From IMG/VR virus record IMGVR_UViG_3300028805_000057, positions 32,001-96,000 of that record: 64,000 nt of DNA, one strand, 5' to 3'. A model generated the notes under the pieces. It did not search any database and was not told the DNA's origin. It saw only the letters and a program-made list of their open reading frames with translations. Shown here one piece after another: positions 18,366-27,600 of the stretch. Positions within the stretch are counted from its first letter, which is position 1, and each line of letters begins with the position of its first letter. The translations under genes were made by a program, and so were the position numbers. Source of the stretch: a virus. Lineage: Duplodnaviria > Caudoviricetes.

Positions 18366-18489
18366 TCTAAGTCTCATAGTAGGGCTCTTAGATTATCCGT
18401 CTTTTTGATGCTTGTGGTCTTTAATGACATGTGGACTCCTTTCTATGATAATATTTTTCCTATCTAAGGGCCCCATTATGAGACTTAGA
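18366..18489 (+). ncRNA. Long hairpin RNA B: 28-bp stem, 68-nt loop antisense to an SD+AUG region
   Basis: Arms 18366-18393 and 18462-18489; 2 of 3 differences are G.U on the + strand. Confidence 0.65.
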
Positions 18490-18510
18490 GATTATATTTG
18501 GAGGTAATTT

Positions 18511-19632
18511 ATGAATACACCTTTAGTAACAGTAATAATGCAAAATTATAATACAAATAAAGATATTCTTGACATTGCAATTAATTCAGTAATTAATCAA
18601 ACATTTAATGACTTTGCTTTTATTTTTATTGATGATTGGTCCACAGATTATGATGTTTCTTCATTTTTTGCTGAAATTGAGACTAAATGGAAGAATAAAA
18701 GGCCTGATATGCCGATACATCTTATAAAGAAACCACAAAATGGTCCTTTAGATGAAAGAGATCATAATCATGGTCATTCATTTTGTAGGAATTGGGGATT
18801 GGATTTAGTAAAAACAGCAAAGATATCTGATTATGTCTTTTTTATGGATTCAGATGATGAGATTATGCCTAATTGTCTTGAAATATTATGGTCAAAGATA
18901 GAGAAAGATCCTGAAGTTGAAATCAGTATAGGTAATTTTATAAGAGATGAAGTAAGATGGTGTCAGTTAAAGGATACTTATCATGATGCAGAAGTAAATG
19001 AAGGTACATTAGGTCCTCATGACAATAAGACTTATACAAATCTTGAAGCATTGGATATATTATGTGATCCTTATATGATTCCTGGTCATCATCCTACAAT
19101 GCCGAGTGTTGCTTTTTGTGCCACATGGAATAAGATATTTAAAGTAAGCCTTTTTGATAATGTCAGATTTCCTGATTATCGTACAAAAGATGATAACTTC
19201 ACAGCACATAGATTATTGTGGAATGCTAAGAAGATAGTTTTTACATTTGAGATAACCTACTTCTATCGTCCAGGTGGAAAGTTAGCAGACGCCAATCTCT
19301 ACAAGACAATGGATATAATAGATGCGCATCGAGATAGAGTTGAATTCTTTGAAAAGATATTTAACGTGTATGACAGAGAACACTATTATAATGAAAATAT
19401 TGACTTTTATAAAGAAGAATCTGAAATAAAGATATTCTACAATGAGTATTTAGTATTCTTGTATACTTTTATGAGAGTTATTGATGCTTCAAATGATAAC
19501 TTTAGAAAGAAACAACTTGCAAATTTATTAAATGAAAAACTTATTACTGAGTTATCTCATATAATATTAATCGATCCAAAATTTGTAAAAAGCGCGTATG
19601 AATTTGCAAGGAGGATTAGAAAAAATGAGTAA
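18511..19632 (+). CDS. Glycosyltransferase family 2 (GT-A)
   Basis: PLVTVIM..YN, IFIDDWSTD, RNWGL, YVFFMDSDD, WNKIFK..LF. Confidence 0.9.
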   Translation: MNTPLVTVIMQNYNTNKDILDIAINSVINQTFNDFAFIFIDDWSTDYDVSSFFAEIETKWKNKRPDMPIHLIKKPQNGPLDERDHNHGHSFCRNWGLDLVKTAKISDYVFFMDSDDEIMPNCLEILWSKIEKDPEVEISIGNFIRDEVRWCQLKDTYHDAEVNEGTLGPHDNKTYTNLEALDILCDPYMIPGHHPTMPSVAFCATWNKIFKVSLFDNVRFPDYRTKDDNFTAHRLLWNAKKIVFTFEITYFYRPGGKLADANLYKTMDIIDAHRDRVEFFEKIFNVYDREHYYNENIDFYKEESEIKIFYNEYLVFLYTFMRVIDASNDNFRKKQLANLLNEKLITELSHIILIDPKFVKSAYEFARRIRKNE

Positions 19633-19795
19633 GTTAAATATTGAGTTTCTTTATTCAATCAAAGATATTTGTGATTTTTTTAATAATAATAAAAACTTAA
19701 TTAATGATAATCAAATTAAAATTATTGAAATTAAATACGAAGATTTTGATGTTGGCAAAGCAATGATAATAAAATATAGTAAAGAGAAATCATAA
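19625..19795 (+). CDS. Hypothetical protein
   Basis: SD AGGAGG. Confidence 0.5.
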   Translation: MSKLNIEFLYSIKDICDFFNNNKNLINDNQIKIIEIKYEDFDVGKAMIIKYSKEKS

Positions 19796-19810
19796 ATGAA
19801 CTGTAATACC

Positions 19811-19941
19811 TTCTACAATACCTCTGTAACGCACAGATTTGCCCGTAAAGGCCTGTTTGGGTATTTTATAGTATATTTATAGGGTAAAACATGAAATAGG
19901 CCTAAATGGGCATTCTGGTGCGTCAGAAGGGCATTCTAGAA
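19811..19941. repeat. Dispersed palindrome copy 2
   Basis: AATACCTCTGTAACGCACAGATTTGCCCGTAAAGGCCTGTTTGG ... AAATAGGCCTAAATGGGCATTCTGGTGCGT. Confidence 0.9.
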
Positions 19942-19952
19942 AAGGAGATAAT

Positions 19953-20156
19953 ATGACTTTAGATAAAACAATAAAGATGTTAACACAAGATGATTATGGT
20001 AATTGTGATTGCGGGGATTGGTGTAGAGCATATGATAAAGCAGTTCAAATAACAAAACAATTATCTTTTCTTGAAAGTGAGTATAATGCTTATCATATAG
20101 ATAGTGATTATTGGAAAGGCATAAAATATGCCATAGATGTTTTAAATCATGAATAA
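19953..20156 (+). CDS. Hypothetical protein
   Basis: SD AAGGAG directly after the palindrome. Confidence 0.6.
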   Translation: MTLDKTIKMLTQDDYGNCDCGDWCRAYDKAVQITKQLSFLESEYNAYHIDSDYWKGIKYAIDVLNHE

Positions 20157-20173
20157 TATACGGAGGAATTAAA

Positions 20174-20485
20174 ATGAAAGGATATATACATATTGATAAC
20201 ATATATGGATTAATATCGGGACATAGTAACTATCATGGAGACAATATACTTTCGGCATTAACGTGTATTGCAGAAGGTAAAGATGTTACTAAGCCAATAA
20301 TGTCATTGGATGAAGAATATTACTCAAATAAAGAATTTAATAAATTCATTAATGATATAAAAAGTGATATTAATCAAATAATAACAAAGAACAAAGGTAT
20401 AAAAAGTGTTGAAGCTCAGGAAAGAATTAGAACAGCTCAACAAATACTTGATATTATTAACAAGCATACAAAGAGGTTAGTATGA
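20174..20485 (+). CDS. Hypothetical protein
   Basis: SD GGAGG. Confidence 0.6.
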   Translation: MKGYIHIDNIYGLISGHSNYHGDNILSALTCIAEGKDVTKPIMSLDEEYYSNKEFNKFINDIKSDINQIITKNKGIKSVEAQERIRTAQQILDIINKHTKRLV

Positions 20486-21408
20486 AACAAATAACAATAT
20501 ATATTGATCATATAGTTTATGCAGATGGAATATTTACTTGGATATGTAATTTCTATCAGTTAATGCATAAAGTATATGACATCGAGGTTATGACAAAAGT
20601 CATCAAACCTGAATTAAATGATATTTTTGAAAGATATAGTATTCCGGTAGTTAAGTGGAATGCTAATGTAAATTATGATACTGATATTTTGATGCTAATG
20701 TTGGATTTTGTTGTATATCCTACTAATTTCACTTTCTGGAAAAAGTATAAGATTGTACATTGTAATTATGAGATTCTTAAGTCTGAGTTTACTAATCTTA
20801 ATGATGGTAGTGAATTTATTGCAGTATCAAAGCAAGCAGCAGATGGCTTTACAAAGCGTTTCAATTTACCTTGTAAAGATATTTCATCATTTGTCATACC
20901 ATACACACCAAGACCTGTTATGAAGATTACTTCTTGTTCAAGAGTATATAACAATAAAGGTTTTGAGAGAATGTTTCATTTAGCAGATGACTTAGATGAA
21001 TGTGGTGTACGATTTCAGTGGATTAATTATAGTGAAATTGATCAGAATGGTGTTAAGTATCTACAAAGTAAAAAACATAACTTAATAACTTTCTTACCTG
21101 CATTGGAGCATCATCATTTAATGGATATGATTGCTGCAAGTGATTACTTAGTTCAATTAAGTGATAGAGAGGGTTATTGTTATGCAGTTCATGAGGCTTT
21201 AACTTTAGGTACTCCAGTCATTGTTACAGACATAGACGCATTTAAAGATATTGTCATAGATGGCCAGAATGGTTATAAGTTGCCTTTGGAGATGAATTAT
21301 AAGGAAGATACATTATTAAATATTATAAATAATGTTCCATCAAATTTTGAATTTAAAGAGGATTTGTCAGTAATTTATAGGCAATGGACTACGATTTTAG
21401 GACATTGA
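20482..21408 (+). CDS. Glycosyltransferase, GT-B fold (GT4-like)
   Basis: IAVSK, SR...NKG, ASDYLVQLSDREGYCYAVHEALTLGTPVIVTD, DGQNGY. Confidence 0.85.
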   Translation: MKQITIYIDHIVYADGIFTWICNFYQLMHKVYDIEVMTKVIKPELNDIFERYSIPVVKWNANVNYDTDILMLMLDFVVYPTNFTFWKKYKIVHCNYEILKSEFTNLNDGSEFIAVSKQAADGFTKRFNLPCKDISSFVIPYTPRPVMKITSCSRVYNNKGFERMFHLADDLDECGVRFQWINYSEIDQNGVKYLQSKKHNLITFLPALEHHHLMDMIAASDYLVQLSDREGYCYAVHEALTLGTPVIVTDIDAFKDIVIDGQNGYKLPLEMNYKEDTLLNIINNVPSNFEFKEDLSVIYRQWTTILGH

Positions 21409-21434
21409 GTATCGGTTTATAACAAAGTTGGAAA

Positions 21435-21653
21435 GTGATTAAAATGGAAGGAAGTGCTTGGTTAATGAGAGATTTAAGAAGTGAAATGTACGCAAGTGGT
21501 ATTAATGATGACGATAACAATGTGCTTGGTAAAACAAAAGGAATGGAAATAGAAAATATTACAAGAGAAGAATTTAACCGAAAAATTAAAGAACTTGAGA
21601 GGAAGATTGCTTTATTAGAATCTAAAATTCAGAATCTTACTATGGTATATTGA
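21435..21653 (+). CDS. Hypothetical coiled-coil protein
   Basis: ORF fills the gap; start uncertain. Confidence 0.45.
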   Translation: MIKMEGSAWLMRDLRSEMYASGINDDDNNVLGKTKGMEIENITREEFNRKIKELERKIALLESKIQNLTMVY

Positions 21654-21928
21654 AAATAAATGAGGATGATTATATGAAAGCTTTATTTATTATATTGTGT
21701 ATAGTTTTATATATTATAATCGGTATAATAACTGGAATGATATTTGTATATGTTGATAAGAAACATGGTGATTTTGATCCATATAATGGCGATGCTAATT
21801 TTGCTTATGTACTTGTGGCAATATTTTGGCCAATAGCACTTGGTGTTGTTATAATAGCATATCCTTTTATCAAATTATATGATTTTTTCATGTGGTTTGG
21901 TAAACATATTAACAGTGATGATGAATAG
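21650..21928 (+). CDS. Two-TM membrane protein
   Basis: Two hydrophobic segments with FWP motif. Confidence 0.65.
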   Translation: MKINEDDYMKALFIILCIVLYIIIGIITGMIFVYVDKKHGDFDPYNGDANFAYVLVAIFWPIALGVVIIAYPFIKLYDFFMWFGKHINSDDE

Positions 21929-21944
21929 AAAGGAGAGGTAAAAA

Positions 21945-22508
21945 ATGTCTTTAGCAACAACTTATGATGGAAAGTTGAGAGTAATAAATGATATTTTAAA
22001 TAAAATGAGTCCTGATGAGAAGAGGATAGTGCTTCAAAGCCTTATAAAAGAGGATATGAAAACATATTTTGAAGTAATCTGGGATGAACAGAAGCGTCTT
22101 GAAACTGAAGCTGGTGTTGAAGGAGTATGTGAATTTACTTCTGATAAAGCTTGGGTTGATGGTGATGAAGATAAGACATTTGACGATATTGAAGGTAGTA
22201 AAGATTCTGGAATTGAAATAAATTTAGCTGGTAAAGTATCTAAAGAAGCTGAGAATGCATATTATTTAGATGAGAAGATAGATAAGAAACAGGGAAATGA
22301 TAAGTTTGATGGTTTCTTAGGATATGTTAACTCAAGTGCTAGTGATGATAATGAAAAAGAATTAGAAACTGAACAGGAAACTATATTAGAGCCTGGTGAA
22401 TTTATGGATAAAGTAATGGATAAGATTGAAGATAGAATCCAGGAAATTGAAATGAAGAATAAAATGAAAAATGCGAAGTTTCCCGATTTTGGAGGTGATA
22501 ATAAATGA
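21945..22508 (+). CDS. Acidic hypothetical protein
   Basis: SD GGAGAGG. Confidence 0.7.
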   Translation: MSLATTYDGKLRVINDILNKMSPDEKRIVLQSLIKEDMKTYFEVIWDEQKRLETEAGVEGVCEFTSDKAWVDGDEDKTFDDIEGSKDSGIEINLAGKVSKEAENAYYLDEKIDKKQGNDKFDGFLGYVNSSASDDNEKELETEQETILEPGEFMDKVMDKIEDRIQEIEMKNKMKNAKFPDFGGDNK

Positions 22509-23281
22509 GAAGAAGCACCCAATTTGCAGCAATTTTAGGTACATTTTTTGGTGGTTTACTTGGTTCTACAGGAACTATTTTAGTATTTAAAAAACTTGAT
22601 AAATTAGAACATAAAAAAGATTTAGAAGCTGAAGCAGAACATATTGCAGAAGTTGCTGAAACATATGAAGCAAGAATAAAAAAGTTAAAAGAATATTATG
22701 AATCTAAAGAAATTGAAGAAAAAAATGATATTTCTGAGACTAAAAAAAGTGATGAAATAGTTAATGAAAAAGCTAAAGAAGCACATAAAAGAATTACTTT
22801 AGATAAAGTTATAGAAAATCCTGATGAACCAAAAATACTTAATCCAAAATTTGTATATCAAGATAGACTTGCTGAAGAAGATAATGCAAAACCTACTGAT
22901 TATAGCAAAATTAGTAGAGATAAATATACAGATTTAAAGAAAGAATATGAAAGAGAACCAATTATTGATGAAGCAGTTAAGTTCCCTCATTTAATAACAC
23001 AGGATAGTTATGAACATGCTGGTGGTTATGTCAAAGAAGAAGTAATATATTATGAACAAAATGGTATATTTGCAACTCTTGACGATGATACAATTGTTGA
23101 TCATATAACTGAAGAATATATTGGTTTGGATAATTTAAATCTATTTGGTAGTCAGCAAGCAAGTCTTGATGGTAAGAGTAGTTTGTATGAATTATATCTT
23201 CGTGATGAAGTCTTACATATTGATTATCATATTATTTATAACGGCACCGAAGACTTCGACCATTTAGGCGATTGCAGATGA
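22505..23281 (+). CDS. Membrane-anchored conserved phage protein
   Basis: N-terminal TM, coiled coil, C-terminal domain shared with 8993-9418. Confidence 0.75.
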   Translation: MRRSTQFAAILGTFFGGLLGSTGTILVFKKLDKLEHKKDLEAEAEHIAEVAETYEARIKKLKEYYESKEIEEKNDISETKKSDEIVNEKAKEAHKRITLDKVIENPDEPKILNPKFVYQDRLAEEDNAKPTDYSKISRDKYTDLKKEYEREPIIDEAVKFPHLITQDSYEHAGGYVKEEVIYYEQNGIFATLDDDTIVDHITEEYIGLDNLNLFGSQQASLDGKSSLYELYLRDEVLHIDYHIIYNGTEDFDHLGDCR

Positions 23282-23313
23282 TTTAAAGATATTTGATAAA
23301 AAGGAGACGAAAT

Positions 23314-23706
23314 ATGTATAAACAATTTGATTTTGATACTTATAATTGGATAAAACAAAATTCAGGTCATGATGATTTGGAATATGAAGTAAAATATACT
23401 GATGGAAATGGAAAATTTGAATATGATGGCTTTATTGATGAAATGATTTATACTAAAGATGGAGAAATAAAACCATTAAAACAATTTTGTAAAGAAATTA
23501 TTCAACAAAATAAAAATGGTACATTATTTAATTATGATAATATGATTCATGAATATTACAAACTTATGAATAGATATATTCCGCCAACAGATAATCCTGA
23601 AGATTTTGCTTATCCAGTATTTTTATGTCAATCTTGTAATTCTCCTGAAGATTCTATTGTTGTAGCACCATTTTATACAATAATTTGTATACCTCGAGGA
23701 GAATGA
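23314..23706 (+). CDS. Hypothetical protein
   Basis: SD AAGGAG. Confidence 0.6.
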   Translation: MYKQFDFDTYNWIKQNSGHDDLEYEVKYTDGNGKFEYDGFIDEMIYTKDGEIKPLKQFCKEIIQQNKNGTLFNYDNMIHEYYKLMNRYIPPTDNPEDFAYPVFLCQSCNSPEDSIVVAPFYTIICIPRGE

Positions 23707-23712
23707 ATGTGA

Positions 23713-23738
23713 CGCGAAAATAATTTATATTATAAAAT
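23713..23738 (+). promoter_or_regulatory. Phage promoter motif CGCGAAAA-N10-TATAAA
   Basis: Motif family member upstream of the replication genes. Confidence 0.6.
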
Positions 23739-23852
23739 GGAAGGCCAGGAGTTGGTCTTTTAGTTTGTCCAAAATATGACAAAGAAAGGAGAGAAAAATG
23801 GTATCAATTAAAGATATTATCCTTGTAAATTTTTTAGACAAGGAGGCAAATT

Positions 23853-24419
23853 ATGGATGAAAATGTTTTGATAAAATTATATTATGATTGGTTAGTTGAT
23901 CAGATAGATTATGATTATAAAGCTAGTATGTATGAAGATTTATTAGAGTATTTATTTAATATGGATTTTGTATGGTTGGATACAGTTCCATTAGATGAAA
24001 ATAGAGCAATTGACGGGTTAGAATTAAGAACAAATTATGCTAAAATTATAGGTGAAAATGATGGCGATTTATTGTTAAATTTATTGAATAGAAAACGATG
24101 TTCTATGTTAGAAATGTTTGTAGCTTTTTCTGAAAGATTGACGGGTCTTTCTGACTTAAATGGTGATATGAATGCAAGGGAAAAATTCTTTTGGATGTTT
24201 ATAGATAATTTAGGTTTAAGTTGGGCTACAAAGTATGATTTTGATATAGATATTGTGGGTGAAATTTTAAATGATTTTTTGTCTGGAACAGTACATGGAA
24301 GAGATCCAAAAGGTAATGAAAATCCTCCTGTTTTATTTCCTTGTAGAGAAGTTTATAATAATATGAATTATGATCTATTTATGCAAGCTAATTTATACTT
24401 AAAATCGTACCTTTTGTGA
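23853..24419 (+). CDS. Conserved phage protein preceding the replicase
   Basis: Y.DWL, DENRA.DGLELR, CSMLEM, FWMFIDNLGL. Confidence 0.75.
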   Translation: MDENVLIKLYYDWLVDQIDYDYKASMYEDLLEYLFNMDFVWLDTVPLDENRAIDGLELRTNYAKIIGENDGDLLLNLLNRKRCSMLEMFVAFSERLTGLSDLNGDMNAREKFFWMFIDNLGLSWATKYDFDIDIVGEILNDFLSGTVHGRDPKGNENPPVLFPCREVYNNMNYDLFMQANLYLKSYLL

Positions 24420-24616
24420 GGCATTTTTGGGCGATTTTGGTAGTATTTTTGATGGAATTTTTGTCTTATTTTTGTAGGTAAAAATAACATTAAAAAAATC
24501 TTTATGAAAAAGACACTTTTTTTAAAAAAGTTTTAAAAGTATGCTCTAGCACGATGCCAGAGTAAAAAAATGCCAAAAAATGTAACTTTTTCGCGAAAGG
24601 AGGAATATAAAATTGT

Positions 24617-27600
24617 ATGGATTTTTTATCAGTTAGAGCAAAAAGTAATACAAAAAATAGACATACAATTACACTTGAACCACATATCAATTTGGATGAC
24701 TCAGAAGACATCATAATTAAGGGTGGTGGAGTATATGCAATTTATGATGAAAATAAGAAAATTTGGGTCACTGATATGGACAAAATCATGAAGGTTTTAA
24801 ACAATGATTGGGTTAAGAAATATAATGCAAAAGTTAAGGAAATTGAAGAAGCAAATAAACGTCTTCCAGCAGCTGACAGAAAGTTCATTACAAATGATAT
24901 AGAATTTGATAATTATACAAGTGATTCAGGGTATTTAGAGAAGTTTTTACAGTTCACAAAGAAGGTTGAAAAGTATCATGAAAATATTGATTTAAATCCT
25001 CATGTTATCTTCAAAAATATGGATGTAAAAAAAGAAGATTATTCAACTGGAAAATTGCCATATTCTTTAGAAGAAGGAAGTACTGAATCATGGGATCAAA
25101 TGGTTGGTTATTTGTATGAACCTGAAGAGAAAGAAAAGATAGAATGGATGATTGGAAGTATTGTATCTGGTTATAGTACAAAGATACAAAAGTTCTTTGT
25201 ATTTTATGGTGATCCAGGTTCAGGTAAAGGTACAATAATGAAAATCATTGAATCTATGTTTAAACCTTATTATGCACCATTCATTTCAAAGAGAGTTGTA
25301 AGTAATAGTAACTTTCCTCTTGAATGTTTAGCTATGAATCCCTTAGTTGCAATCGATGAAGATGGAGATTTATCTCAAGTACAAGACAATACAAGATTAA
25401 ATAGTATTGTGTCTCATGAAACAATTCCTGTAGAAACAAAATTTAAAAATCCTTATCCTGTAAAATTTAAAACTTTATTAATTATGTCAAGTAATGAGCC
25501 AGTACAAATGACAGGACCACAATCAGGTTTCACAAGAAGACTTATAGATATTAATCCTGTTGGCGGTGAACCAATTCCTACAGATGAATATGATATTCTT
25601 TTAAATCGTATAACTAAATATGAACGTGGAGCTATAGCATATAAGTGTTTAGAAACATTTAATAGATTAGGTAAAACATATTTTAATGGTTATGTTGCTG
25701 AAGATATGTTCTCTCGTACAAATCAGTTTTTTCAATTTCTTGAAGAAAATGTAGACATATTTAGAAAACAAAATTATACATATCTCGATCAGGTTTGGAG
25801 AATGTATAAGATATTTGTAGAAGATAATGGTATTAAACATTTTCATAGGAAAGCTGAAATACGTGAGCAACTTAAAAAATATTTTGAAGAATATTATTAT
25901 GAAACTCGTATAGGTGATGATAATCATAATCATTATCATGTATATAAAGGTTTTATAGTAAAGAAATTTGATGATGTAATTAAGAAAGCAACTAAAAAGA
26001 AAAAACCTAGAAAGAATGTTATAATTAATAAGGAATATGCTGAAGAAAATAATATTGATGTTGTAACTGTAGACGATGATGTTGTACATTGGTTGAAATT
26101 CGATAAGAATTATGGTGAGTGCAAGTCGAAGCTGGATATTTATCTTCAGAATGAGAAAGCACAATATGCTACAAAAGATGGAATCCCTGGAAAGAGATGG
26201 GATAATGTTGAAACTACTCTTAAAGATATTTCTACAAATAAGTTACATTATGTCCAAGCACCTGAACATCTCATAGTTATTGATTTTGATAAGAAAGACG
26301 AAACTGGTAATAAGAGCTATGAGTTAAATCTTAAGGAAGCAAATAAATTCCCTCGCACATATGCAGAATTAAGTAAGTCCGGTGCAGGTATTCATTTACA
26401 TTATATTTATGATGGCGACATAACAGAACTTAGTAGGATCTTTGGAGATGACATTGAAGTAAAGATATTTACTGGTAATGCTTCATTAAGGAGGCAACTA
26501 ACAAAATTTAATGACGAAGAAATTGCAACGATATCTGAAGGTTTGCCTCTAAAAGAAAAGAAGGGAGGTAAAATGTTAGATCAAGAAGTCTTGCAAACTG
26601 AACAAATGATGCGAAGAACTATTGTCAAATGTTTAAGGAATGAGATTCATGGTCATCACAAACCTAATATGGATTTCATCTACAAGATATTGACAGATGC
26701 ATATAATAATGGTATTCATTATGATGTTAGTGATATGTATAATGATATTTTGAATTATGCAATGGCTTCATCAAATAGTTCTGAATATTGTTTAGAGTTA
26801 GTAGCTAAGTTGCCTTTAAAGTCAGACGAACCTAGCGAGGCGGTAGAAAGTGAAGAAAAAGATTATAATAATGACTCAATTGTATTCTTTGATGTAGAAG
26901 TTTGGCCGAATTTATTTATATTTGGTTATAAGTTCTTAGGTGGAGAGAAACATATTTTATTAAATCCTAAACCCGAAGATGTTGAATATTTGTTAAAGCA
27001 TAAACTTGTTGGATTTAACTGCAGAAAGTATGATAATCATATTGTATATGCATTCTTACAAGGTTATACAAATGAACAATTATTTAAACTTTCACAAAAG
27101 ATAGTTAAAGCAAAGAAGGGTGAAAAGGATAATGGAATGTTTGGTGAGGCATATAATTTGTCTTACACCGATATTTATGATTTCTCAAAGAAGAAGCAGT
27201 CATTAAAGAAATGGGAAATTGAATTAGGCATTTATCATAAAGAGATGGATGCAAGTTGGGATGAACCACTTCCTGAAGAGTTATGGGATGCAGCAAAAGA
27301 GTATAACGGTTATGACTTAGACGCGACTGAGGCATTATGGTTATCTAAAGGCATTCAAGTTGACTTTACATCAAGAATGATATTAGCAGATATTGCAAAT
27401 GGTACACCCAATGATACAGATAACACATTGACTGAACGATTAATTCTTGGTCCTAACTATCAGGAAAGAAAAGCAGCAAAGAATTCATTCCATTATAGGA
27501 ATCTTGCAGAACCCGTTTATCATTTGGATGCAGATCAAGAGGAATTCTTAAAGGAAATCTTTCCGGAAATGATGGCTGAGACACATGGTGAAGCGCATAG

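Noticed and set aside
24592-24616. CGCGAAAG as another promoter copy; also the weak copy at 9617
   Set aside because: The 24592 site runs straight into the SD and start codon, leaving no room for a transcript start; 9617 lacks the -10-like hexamer
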